DNA of 63,859 nucleotides, the filler included, from Folioceros fuciformis (lineage: Eukaryota), in assembly GCA_049999805.1 (NCBI GenBank). It is 3 parts of 2 records of this genome, joined end to end, with 100 filler letters (N's around TTAATTAATTAA, not from the genome) between each part and the next. Parts side by side here need not be neighbours in the genome. Positions count along the whole stretch, not along the records: positions 28,992 to 56,425 come from JBNGIO010005969.1; 2 more parts are not named here. One strand, written 5' to 3'. The notes under the pieces were generated by a model. The model was not told the origin of the DNA. It saw only the letters and a list, made by a program, of their open reading frames with translations, and ran no database searches. Shown here one piece after another: positions 38,167 through 50,199 of the stretch (positions are counted from its first letter, which is position 1; each line of letters starts with the position of its first letter). The position numbers and the translations under genes were made by a program.

Positions 38167-39198
38167 TGCTGCGCGCTAAAGTACAGACGTGCGACTGTGG
38201 CTGGGCACGTAACAAGTAGCTTACGTTCAAAGATCTGACAAGGGACTCGCGCCAATAGTGTAGTCCGGCTTTTTGTGGAGCCCATCGTCAACTTCCAACC
38301 TCATGAGGAGGACGGGACACGTCGGGCACTGGGCTTAAAACACGTACAGATTTGGAGTGGCCGAAACTGTTGTTGGGATTGGGGACTCCAGGACTGTTCA
38401 TGTCATTTGTCACTGTGACCTACTGCTGTGTGCGAGTCCCCAGGACTGGGACAGTCCGTTGCCTTCCCGAGGTGTGACTCACCGCCCCCAACGCTTCACA
38501 CTGTCTGTGCCCTGGCTATCCCTGTGTGAAGGTTAAACACACAGATCTCATGGGTTTAGCTTTATACCGAATGCTGATCCAAGCGCAAGGCTGCCCGCCT
38601 CAGTCCAGAACTGCCAGCTGGAATGTGAAATGCTAGCTGTTTTCAGGATGTTTATACTGTACTGGGAAAGCTCTGGTTCTAAGGAACAGCGACCATACTG
38701 CCGTCCCTGAGCACTCCCGATCACGACAGCTCCTGCCACGTTATCTCAGTGTACTGTTTCGATGTTTAAATCAAGCCGCCTCGAAAATGCGCGAGACGCA
38801 GTGGAACTCCAGGAACCCCGGCCCACCATCCCTTTGCATTGAATCGAGGAGTTGTAGACACTCCACGGTAGCGGTGCAGCCTCAGGCAGACGCAGCCGTG
38901 TTGGGGGAACGTTGAGCAGTCGACGTCTCGCAGGTACGGCCTCGTGCCCTCCTTGCTACCCGAGGATGTGGCACTTGCGATCTTCCCCGCTGCCTCGCAA
39001 GTTGGCCTTCAGCTCTCCAACCTCTGCAGCTCCTGATCCCTTTCCTGGAAACTACGCGTTGTGATTGCTGCCTGGACGTCAAGGGTGCACACTGTACAGA
39101 ACGAAGAGACTGCATGAGAACTATACAAGTGGAATCTGGTGACCAGCAATGGTCAAGTCGTACAGCGATTGCTGTGCGCGTGGACTGCTGAGCTTGGG

Positions 39199-41618
39199 AT
39201 GTCCAAAATTCGAACATCCTGCTTCGCTCTAACCAGGCTGGAGGGCTCCTTCCTCACATGGGCTGGGTTAGTAGTTCTGGCAACGTGGGAAGCATACTTC
39301 TAGTGTCACCCTTCCTACTCCAGCTCTGCCGGCAACCCGGTACCAAGTAGTACAGGCCCAAGGTGGAATGCTAGTCTTTAGCTGAAGGAGACGGAGGCAT
39401 GGGCTGCCAGCATCAAGCTTGTGCCCAACGACACCGTCTACTTCGAGTACAGTCCCTCCGAGTGCAACGTGCTTCAGGTGAAGCGTTCGCAACATCAGAC
39501 GTGCAACAGCAGGGCTCCTGTCGCTGCGTGTGCTTCAGGGGCTAATGTCGTTCAGCTGGCAAATCTTGGGCCGCACCGATTCATCTGTGGGCTCAAAAGC
39601 TACTGTGCTGAAGGAGTGAAGGTAGCCGTAGAGGTGCGCGTTTCCAGCCAGAACGAGCCTCAACCCCCAGCATCCTCCAAGAGACGCAAGCCCCTCCCCA
39701 AAAAAGGCACTGATTGCAGGTGTTATCATCGCTGGAGTTTTGGGTCTGCTGGTCGCAACAGGGATCATGTTCTTTTGCTTGGGGTGCAAATGTGTGCGAA
39801 ATGATATTCGGCCCAAACCTCTCGCGACCGACACACAAAGCAGTGGAACATGTAAGCAAGCAAGCTCTAGCTTTAAGCTGGCCCGCATGACTGCAGTCCT
39901 GCTTGCCGAGCGTGATGTGCTTGGCCCTCAGCTATCTTGTGTGGAATGCAGATGGCCATAGCAGTGGCTCGAGTGGGGCATCGAAAGGCGACTCCGTCGC
40001 TTCCAGCCATCCCAAACCTGTCCTGGATACTTTGTATGTGAAGCCCTACACTCTTTCCGAGGTGAAGGAGATCACTGTAAATTTTGAGACGAAGATCGGT
40101 CGAGGTGGTTTCGGCCCCGTGTTCTACGGGAAGCTGAAAGATGGGAAAGAAGTTGCCGTTAAAGTCTACTCGAAGGATTCCCAACAAGGGGAGGGGGAGT
40201 TCATCAACGAGGTGCCCACGGTCTTCCCTTCTGTGATCACCATGCTCTGCAGGTACTGGGACAACCTGGCTTACGTGGAACGTGTTGGTCTATACGTGCT
40301 GCAGGTGAAACTTTTGTCACTGGTTCACCATAAGAACATCGTTCCTCTGGTTGGTTATTGCCAAGAGAACGAGGAGCAGATTTTGATGTACGAGTTCATG
40401 CACGGTGGTGATCTGCAAAAACGGCTGCAGGGTACAAATGTTTTCAGATTCTTACAGGGCTTAAAACTAGTATCCTGAATACAAAGTTACGAACTTGCTT
40501 TGACTCTGAATGTTTGAAGCTGACCAATGAAGCAAACCTTTGCTTGTTGATGTTCAGGCCCGTCTGCAATAAGCAATCCTTTAGCTTGGCGAGAGAGACT
40601 GGGCATAGCTCTAGATGCCGCTAGAGGTATGTTGCACACTAGGCGTTCAGGACAGAAGCAAAACTTGTCCTTATCCTACCCACTCCCAGTGACGTGCTAC
40701 TGTTGTTGCAGGTATGGAATACCTGCACACTGGCCTTGAACAGCCTATTATCCACCGAGACATAAAAAGTAGCAACATCCTGCTCTCTCGCAATCAAGCA
40801 GCCAAGGTGGCAGACTTCGGTCTCTCGAGATTGGCTTCGTTGGATCGTTTCTCGACTATCACAACCCATGTCAAAGGAACTGCTGGATATCTGGACCCTG
40901 AGTACGCCTACCTTGTTGGCTCTGTGTCTTTTCACCTAGAGTTCAGCAACACTGTGCGTCGCCCAGGGTGGCGATCTTTGCTCTCATGACTTGGCATGGG
41001 ACTTACCCTCCATATGATTTGTGGTGGCAGTTACTTTCTCTCTACGCATCTGACAGAACGAAGCGACGTTTATAGCTTCGGGGTGCTTCTGCTGGAGCTC
41101 ATATCTGGCCGTCCTCCGATATTCCAAGTGACTCGAGGAACCAACATCGGCATTGTCCAGTGGGTAAGACCGGTTTGCTCAGTTCCTGCACTGTCCAGTG
41201 GTTAACAGCGGTTTGCTCGGTTTTCTGTGATCCTTACCAAGATCAGTTTCACGGCCCCTCTTTTGCTCACAAATGAACTGCAACAGGTGAAGCAGGGTTT
41301 GCAAAATGGGAACATCGAAGAAATTGTGGACCCACTGTTGCAAGGGGACTTCGACGTCGAGTCTGTGTGGAAGCTCACGGAAACAGCTCTGCAGTGTGTG
41401 GATATCGAGCGCAACAGCAGACCCAGCATGAGTGCCGTTGTGANNNNNNNNNNNNNNNNNNNNNNNNNNNNNNNNNNNNNNNNNNNNNNNNNNNNNNNNN
41501 NNNNNNNNNNNNNNNNNNNNNNNNNNNNNNNNNNNNNNNNNNNTCCTTGCCCATGGGATCACCGGATGAAACCATGTCTAGTGAGTCTCAGGCAATGGCT
41601 GAACCCAGGGCGAGATGA
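39199..41618 (+). pseudogene. Phytocyanin (plastocyanin-like) ectodomain-TM-Ser/Thr kinase receptor gene. The ectodomain exon is disrupted; the LRR-I-type kinase exons are open.
   Basis: ATRYQV(fs)TGPRWNASL*..WAASIKLVPNDTVYFEY..CNVLQV..CN..HRFICGLKSYCAEGVKVAVEV, then a frameshift in the A run at ~39700, then TM ALIAGVIIAGVLGLLVATGIMFFCL. A phase-1 intron (39852-39950) joins this in frame to [53 protein letters not shown] and a C-terminal EPRAR*. The start codon is uncertain. Confidence 0.8.
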
Positions 41619-42754
41619 AACCGGAGATGGAGAGCGAATGGTACAAGCCGCTACTTGCCTTTCCAGCCAAAATTATTTCCTTCCTTGTAGCCACGAAATG
41701 GGCCAGGGACCCGACCCACCAGCTTCAACCAGCTATGCCATGATTTGGTGGACAGTGCTGTCAGATGCTGCCCGTTGTTTCCGTTGTGTCCTGCATTCCT
41801 CGCGGTGAGTGTGCAATAGTCATTTGCTTTCATAAAGCAGATTGAAAGGACTGCCATTGCTGGACTCGGCAATCCGTTTTCTTCCCTCCTTGATCAGAAG
41901 ACCTACAACCACACCACTTATGAGGGTTTCAGTAGCACCATCATTGGCAAATTCAGTGATGCAATGAAACCTGTAGTCATGAACGATAACGGTTGTAGAG
42001 AAAGTGGGTTTTGGATGGTAATGAGAAGGTAGGGGTCAGAGCATGTAGGACAACGAGGAACCAGACAGAGCGACATTAATGTTGACACGGTCAACTGTTC
42101 AATTTTAGAAGGCGCATTTTCTGACATTCCCTGCCGGCAGCCATGGCTTACTGGTTGCACTAATCTCGGCGCGGATTCGTCTGCTTTCTCAAAAGCAGAC
42201 CGAGATGAGAAAGATGTTAGTAAAATCACAGCGCTCCATATCCATGGATTTTACATGCATACTGTATGTGTAGCAGCTGTGTGTTGACTCGGATCCTGGA
42301 GCTCGAATGTGCAAGGGCTCCCTTGAGGCGATCCGGGGCCCACGGCCAGAGCCGCCGCACGTCCCTACCTTCATTCCAGAATTGTTAAATGAAATCGCCT
42401 TCTCTGCTGCGCGGATTCCTCACTGCACAGCCAGTGCCCACCAGCCCGATTTGTCATGAGATCCATCCCCGAGGGTATTATTGCCCTCACGGATGCCCCC
42501 TTCACTTTCGTTCAGGGCTCCCTCCCGATATTAAAGCCTGCTCCCCTTCCAGACTTGTCGGCCTCGGATTCCTGAACGAATCTGGCCCACTCAGATTACA
42601 GGAAAGCCCCATCCTCCTTCTGGGCCTTTTCTCGTGCTTCCGCTCTCTATGTCTGCATCATATTCAGGACCGCAACATGATCTGGACGTCTTGCCGCTAT
42701 CCCACCGCGTTGCCGACAGTTAGGCAGCTAGGAGCAAGACTCCAGTGTGCTCAC

Positions 42755-42910
42755 GAGATCACAGCCTGTGGGCGGCCCCCGGATGGCTCGCCTCCTACAG
42801 CCCACCAATGGCCCGTGCTCCTGGTGAGCAAAGTGTGCTCATGAGATCACAGCCTGTGGGCGCCCCCCGGATGGCTCCCCTTTCATAGCCCACCAATGGC
42901 CGGTGCCCAG
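42755..42910 (+). repeat. ~88-bp tandem duplication spanning the 5' UTR and start codon of the malectin-LRR gene
   Basis: GAGATCACAGCCTGTGGGCG..GGATGGCTC..AGCCCACCAATGGCC at 42755 and 42843. Confidence 0.8.
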
Positions 42911-45524
42911 CAACTCAGGGTAGCCCTTGTCTGCCTATCAATCATCGTGGCCGTCCTAGTCTGTGCAGCCATTGCAGGTACGAACGAAATCCGAATGCGA
43001 CTGTTGTGTGTGAAGGCCATTGCATGAATGTTCTCCCTTTTTAACACCTTCCAGTGCACGGAATGCCACGATATTTTTCCTCCAGGATTCACAAGCCTGG
43101 ACTGCGGTGGCGCCCAGAGCTTCAACAGCACGACCGGGATCCAGTGGGAACCCGACAGCAGCTTCATTGCCACGGGCATCCCTGTCGATCTCTCCTCCGC
43201 CCTGCCTGCTGCCAGGCTGCAGGGCCTGCCTGTGGAGCTCCGCACTCTGCGAAGCTTCCCTCCTTCTTCCGCGCCCCGGAAGAATTGCTTCATCCTGCCT
43301 ACGGATTCCGGCAAGGTGTACCTCGTGAGATCCGGTTTCTTCCACGGGCCGACGCCGGCACCGGCCTTCGCCCTCTCCATCGGCGCCACTGCATGGACCA
43401 CTGTCTCCGCTTCCGGGAGCTTCCAGACAAGCGCGGCCTACCACGAGGCAATGTACTATGCAGCCACCGAGAGCGTGGCCGTCTGCCTCCTGCGCCTCAA
43501 AGACCAGGACACCCCCTTTATCAATTCGCTGGAGCTCCGAAGCATGCTGCCCGGAGCCTACGAGCTGGCAGCAGTGGCTGGCGTGAATCTCAACCTCATC
43601 CTGCGGACCAATTTCGGGGGACTCTTCACAAGGTATGCCTGCCATGGCCGATGCAAGGGCGGAGCTTGCTCGAGGCTGGACGCTCGTCAATCCTTGTCTT
43701 CATCTTCGTCTGACTCCTGCTGCAGGTATCCAGGTGACCCACGGGACCGATTCTGGGCGGACTACCTTGAGGATTTCTCCTACATGGGGAACTACACGGT
43801 GATCAAGGCACGTCGCAAGCGCAACGTGAGCGACCCGCAAGGCACGGACCAACCGCCGGATGCCGTGATGAGGACGGCGGTCTCCAGCCCGGTGGTAACC
43901 GTCAGCATTGCGCCTTCGCTCTTTCCCGACCGGCAGATTCAGGCATACGCTTGGCTGTATTTCGCCGAGATCGACAAACTGCGGAAGGGAGAGAGGCGGA
44001 TCATCGACTGGCTGTGCGACGGAGATAAGCAAACCATCGACCTGGCGTCTTCCTTTCCCCCCTTCACCACAATCCAATTCGGGTACCTGAATCGGACCTT
44101 GGAAGGGAGCTTCGACTGCGTTCTGTCTCGGGACGCGGCTTCCGGGCGAGATCCGCTGCTGAATGCTATGGAGGTTTACGCCGTGCAGAGGAAGTCGGCG
44201 GGGACATTGGCAACAAACGGTACCTTTTTTTCCGTTTGTTTGTTTTTCTGCTTCGGTGATGTTGGGGAGAAGGCGATGCTCATCTTGAGCCTGAAAATTT
44301 TTGCAGGTCAAGCCCTGCAAGCCCTGAAGGACGGTTTCAGGTTGAGAGGATGGTCGGGAGACCCTTGCCTTCCTGTACCCTGGGACCAGCTGAAGTGCAG
44401 TGAGGATGTTCCTAGCCGGGTTACCAGCTTGTGAGTCCTCGCCTGCCAGAGCTTGCCTGCAGCTACCCCCGGTTGTGTGTGCTGTTGGAGCTGATTTCAA
44501 CCATGTGAGGTGTGGCAGATGAAGAGGCTGCACACAGCAACACAGTTTTTCATCTCCTACCACGTCTCATATGATCTTTTTGAGTGTCGCTGTTCCTTCC
44601 TCCAGAAACCTAACCTCCATGAACCTGACGGGGTTCATCCCGGATAGCATCTCCAAGTTGACGTCCTTGACGATTCTGTGAGTGGATCCGTATCTCTACT
44701 CGTCCCTCATTTTGCATGCGTGCGGTGTCCGGAGCCCTGGTTCCCCAGAGCTCTCGCGGAACCGACATTTTCAAGTGCTCCACATTTGTGCTGGCAGGGA
44801 CCTGAGTGGCAACCGTTTCACAGGGCCGATCCCGTCATCCTTCGCGGCACTGAAATCTTTGCAAATTTTGTGCGTGCACGTCCTTTTCAAGTTTCGTCCT
44901 GCTCTATTCCGCGTCCCAGCTGCCTGCCCTGCTGTCATAGTCAGAGCGTGGTGCTCATGTCTGTGTTCCCGAGTGATGCAGAGACTTAGGCAACAACGAC
45001 CTGAGTGGAGCTTTCCCCGGCTGGCTCACGCTGAAAGCATTCCCCGGTCTGCAACTCCTGTAAGCTCCGTACTCCGTGAACCCTTGCCAGTCTGCCCATG
45101 CCATAAAGTCTCCGTTTCCTAAACCCGTTTTGTCTGCCACGATAGCAGATCCGTGAAGAACAACAGATTGAACGGCACGTTCCCTGCCAATTTCATCACC
45201 ACGAAGGGCTTCTCCTTCGAGTAGGTCCCTCCATTTGCCTCGTCTCTTTCATCACTTCCGTCACCGATTGCTTTTGCTGATCCCTCACTGGTTTTGCTCA
45301 TGCTTCTCAGATACTCAGGCAACGTAGACCTTTGCAGCTCCCAAGGATGCCCTAGGGCAACATCTCCTGCTCCTGCTCCTGCCCCCGTTCCCATACCGCC
45401 TCCCACTGCTCTACCTACGAGTTATCCAGCAAGTGGGCAGACTTCCAAGGCCTTCGCCCCAAACCAGATTCAGTGTGCCCTTCTTGTCCCGCTCCTCACC
45501 TCGGTTCTCGCCTACATGCCATAA
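42896..45524 (+). CDS. Malectin-like + LRR receptor-like protein with no kinase, ending in a Pro/Ala-rich linker and predicted GPI-anchor signal
   Basis: Signal peptide MAGAQQLRVALVCLSIIVAVLVCAAIA, then GFTSLDCG, TLRSFP, YLVRSGFFHG, PFINSLELR, RYPGDPRDRFW, YFAEI, PLLNAMEVY and WSGDPCLP. Four one-LRR exons (NLTSMNLTGFIP, DLSGNRFTGPIP, DLGNNDLSGAFP, SVKNNRLNGTFP). Ends YSGNVDLC..SPAPAPAPVPIPPP..ASGQTS..CALLVPLLTSVLAYMP*. Confidence 0.88.
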
Positions 45525-46366
45525 GGGACAAAATTCCAACCCTCACAATATTCGAGGCACCTTCCATTTCCCTGGTACCCTTTCAAACCTCACATGCGTA
45601 GTCGACGTCGGTTAGCCACGGGGTTCCATCTGTCCCCATCGGAGTGGATCGAGCATACTGTGATCAGATATGACCTGCGAGGGGACATGTTGCAGGGATT
45701 TGGAGGCAGCAAATCTCGTCGCTGTTCGCATCAAGTCGGAAGCAGATCATCGTCGTATCGGCACAACCTACCCTGACACGCAACGAGGTGGGCGGTGACA
45801 AGGGCCCAGTGTGAGACACGGATAGTCGAGTGGTATATCCTTTCTCATGTAATTCAATGGTAATTTGCTTGATGGGTGTCGCATTGAATTTCACGATTCA
45901 ATTATTAATTGTAAACCTTCCTTTTAAATAAATGGATGTGCAGGACCTTGGTATGGAGTGTGCGTAACAGTATATGATATACAAAGAGTATTCTAATAGT
46001 TCGTACCAAGTACATTATGCATTAGTATGGGTCATCAAGAGTGTATTTTCTACTAGTCCGTACTAACGGATTCCATCGTGAAGAGCGCTCCAGGAGAACA
46101 CACATCGGAGATCCAGGGCCGGGGCTGAAGCCTCAGAATACAGCCTAAACCTGACATAGAAAATTCATTTAAAAGGAAGAACTTGTGCAATACGGAAATA
46201 AATGCCAGAGTGGATTTGGTTAAGGGCCGCGTGATTCCGAAACTTCCTGCCACACAGGCTGAATCGGTCACGGCCGCCTTGGTAGGCGAATTCGCAGGCC
46301 CGGGACGTTCAATTCATTGGGCCACGAACTCAAAGGCCTGTGTGCTGGGCCTCGGACCGCGTAGTG

Positions 46367-49353
46367 ATGGCCTCGTTGCTGCGGCCTGAGGACCGACTGG
46401 AATTCGGTAACCTCGCCATGGACCACAGCGACGCCTCTCGGGAGGACCTGCACCCGCTGCAAGTTCACGATGCACCAACTGTGAGTCCTGAATTCGAAGC
46501 TTGCAGTCCTGGAACTCCAGATTGAGCGAAACTGAGCTCGCTTTTGTATGGAATTGCGTGCAAGAGAGGGTTTCAACAGGATCCTCCATGCAAACTGCTT
46601 CCCTTGTTGCCAAGTTTCATGGTTTGTTTGGATCTGAAATGCAGTGGAAGCAGTCCGTGTCGGTGGAAGAGCCGGATGTTGAGCCAAGGATTACAGTTGA
46701 AGATGCGCTGGAGGCTATTGGTAAAATTTTGTGGTTTGTTATTGCTGGAAGGTGACGCGGAGGCAGATAGTGTGGATCAGTTAGTGTGTATTGAAACTCT
46801 GTGTCGTGGTTCAGGATATGGCCGGTTTCAATTAGGAATGATAACTTATGCTGGCCTTGCGTGGCTGGCTGATGCAGCAGAGATGATTTTGCTCTCCTTT
46901 ATTGGCCCTGCGGTATGACTTGTCCTTGCTACAGCTTGACTAAAGGCTTTGGAGCTTGAGTGTTGCCTTCTGACGTTGGCATCATGTATTCTTGCAGGCG
47001 AAATGTGAATGGAAACTGACATCAACCCAAGAAGGGGCCATTTCCAGTGTTGTCTTCGTTGGCATATTCTGGTACGCCGCGTCATGTGCAAGTGGGTGAG
47101 GGGAAATTGAACATGTGTCTGAAATGGATTTTGTTGGTTGGGATCTGCAGTGGCTCGTACCTTTGGGGCCTGATAGCTGATCTAAAGGGCCGGAAGATGG
47201 GTTTCTTAGCAACCGTTGTCTTCACGCTGCTGTTTGGGTTGCTCAGGTACGACATGCTGATGTTTACCCCATGGTCTCTCGCCAAGCTGCCGTCCAATAC
47301 CCGTCGTAGCCTGTGTTCCTCTTTAGTATTGACGTGGATGACCTTGTCATACATTGTGTAGTGCGTGGTCCCCTACATTTCTGTGGTTGCTGGTAGCTCG
47401 AGGTTTGGTTGGCTTTGGGCTCGGAGGCTCCGCTGTGAGTTAACATGGCCCCCTTCTTCACCATAGGCTTGTGAGCACACCGTTTCTCGTCCTACTTACC
47501 GCAGAACTCCTTGGATTCAGGTTGTTTTCAATTTGTGTTTGGAATTTCTTCCACCATCAGAAAGGGGATTTTGGCTTGTCGCTCTCGAATTCTTCTGGAC
47601 TGTAAGTCCAAATTTCTGAGCACTGCACATCGCTTATGATTCTTGTTTGTTCCTAGTCTCAGGGTCTGTGCCTTGCCATTTTGTTCTGCACAGGCTGGAT
47701 CCGTAGCTGAAGCACTGCTTGCGTGGCTAATTCTGCCAACGTTCAATTGGAGGTGAAAGACGTGTCTTCTTCACATCTCCCAGAAGCCCTTTAAGAGAGC
47801 TAGTATTTGACCTTAGTATCTCTGCAGACTACTGGTGGCCTTGTCGTCTCTGCCATTTTTGTTGTTGGTTATTTTTTACCACGCTCTGCCCGAATCGCCT
47901 CGATATTTAATGGTAAGGCCTCCTCTTCTTCCACACTTACGACCAACCTCCCTCCTCTGGTTTTATGAGCTTGTGGATGGTTTAACCACTGATGGCCTAG
48001 TTTTTAGCGAAATCTTGCAGGTCCTGTGGCCATCTGATTCATAGCTGCTTTGCTTTGGCTTGGGCATTCAGATGAAAGGTCGCCATGTCTCCTTTCTATC
48101 TATTTGCGATATGTAGAGCAGATACAACATTCCGTGTCTTTAGGGATGAGCGCAAGTAATCTGAATCTCAATACAAGAGAGAGTAAAGGAGGCTTCGTGT
48201 GGAGTAGTGCAGTTTAACTGACAGTTTTGCTACAACAGGTGAAAGGTGATACAGAAGGGGCTCTTGCAGTCCTCAGACGCGTGGCACAAGTGAACGGACG
48301 AGAGATGCCCACTGGCTCTCTCATCCTTGCCAGGACTGATCCGTCAACAATAAGTACGTCAGCAGTTACATGTGCCTTCAGCATCCCAACGTGTCTCAGT
48401 GCTAAGTGGGAGTGGTAAATTTTGCAGACAGGGATAGTCTTCCCCAAGTTGCAGAGAATCGCCAGCTCATCACGAAGGAGAGTCCTAAATCAGCACGGCT
48501 AGGGGCATGGGATACTTACAAGGCTATGTTCAGTCCACAGCTGAGAAAGACTACTATACTCCTGTGGCTGAATTATTTTGGCAATGCCTTTGCGTATTAT
48601 GGACTGGTCCTCTTGACAACTCAACTATCAAGTGGTGACCAGCAATGTCAGGGAGACGCAAAAGTCAGCCAATTCTGTTCGGCCGATGGGAGGACGAACA
48701 TTGACAGTTGGACTTACAAGGAAGTGCTCCTGTCATCATTTGCTGAACTTCCAGGTCTAGTTATAGCCTGTCTGGCTATTGAAAGGCTTGGGAGGAAAAG
48801 AACCCTGGTTGCCTTGCTGATTGGTTGTGCGGCATTCTTGAGTCCTCTGCTCACCACAACGTCAACCATCAGCACAATGGTGTTACTTTTCGGTGCCAGA
48901 GCGTGCATAATGGGAGCTTTCTCAGTTCTGTGGGTGTTTGCACCAGAGCTGTATCCAACAAACATCAGGGCGTCAGCTCTTGGCTTTGCCAACGCAGGAT
49001 CAAGAATTGGGGGCTTTCTTTGCCCCTTCGCGGCTGTGGGCCTTGTTGAGAACTGTCACAAGGTGCGTGCCGTTCGCGATCTTGGTTTCGTTTGCTTCAT
49101 TCTATCCTGGTGACGCATATCCTAACAGTCCCGTTTACTTTGCCGTGCGACAGGCCTTGGCTGTTGGTCTGTTCTCAGGAGTGTCACTCCTCTCCGGTGT
49201 TGTTTCACTCTTCTTCCCGGTCGAAACAAAGGTGAAAACAGCTCCTGCTATGGCTGCTGACGCTTAGATTTCAAAGGATCTCAGATGAGTCAAACCTGAA
49301 AACGCGTTGTTGGTCATATGCAGGGATTGGGGCTATCGGACGACTTCAGATGA
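46367..49353 (+). CDS. MFS transporter, organic cation/carnitine transporter 7 / SV2-related, many exons
   Basis: TVEDALEAIG|YGRFQ..GLAWLADAAEMILLSFIGP, WGLIADLKGRK, LPESPRYL, NAFAYYGLVLLTT, AELPG, ERLGRK, APELYPTNIRA..RIGGFLCP and FPVETKG. The start codon (46367 or 46418) is uncertain. Confidence 0.88.
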
Positions 49354-50199
49354 GGGAGTCCACGACGACTCCTGAAGTTCCCTACCTACATAAACATGAC
49401 GCAAGTTCTATCATACTCGCGATGTACCTTTCTTGGGCTCAAACTTGAGCTTGAGCGTCTATTAGGTACTGCAGCTATTTTTCCTTTACAAGGTATTCCC
49501 GAAAAAAGGTGGCCTGTATAGAATATGTGGATCTCATGTATCCTAGAGCTTGTGGTACAGAACTGTTCACCGTAAACAATAATACATCCCTGGGTATGGA
49601 AGGGGTAGACGAAGTGTGGCGCCGTTTGTCACAAGAAGCGCGGGAAGCTGTTGGGGCCACCAAATTTGATCCCAGCACCGCACGCCCGAAATGGCCGAAA
49701 CGCAAAATAATCGCGGGAAGGGACTGTGTCGTCCTCGCTCCCGCCAGGCTTCGCTCTTGCTCGCCTCAGGTAGCCGCCGTCCTCGTCCCCTTCTCCTCGG
49801 GAAGGGATCAGCGCATCTTGCTCGCATGTCCCATCCACCTGTGAGCGTCACGTGAAAGGCATGTGCTTGGCGGTCTCGGAGCCAGGTCCTCTGAGCTGCC
49901 GTGCTCGTGCGAGCTGATCTGTGTAGGAGCTCTTGGATCTCGCACCAAGGGCAGCTCCGGGTCCTTTCAATTGGTGCTGGGGTTAGGGAGACGGGCAGAT
50001 GCGTTTGCTACCAGGCTGGAAGCTTTGGCTGGAATGCCCAATCACGGGAGCAAGAATTCAGCGGACAGACACCGCAGAATGCTTTCAAACTCCAAGTGCT
50101 CGTGAGTGCCAGGGGGAAAATGGCCTCCGGTTGCTTGCGTCGTGTCTGCTGCAGTTGTTCCCTCTGCTGAAGTTGCTTTCTATCCCGTTTCCTGAGCAG

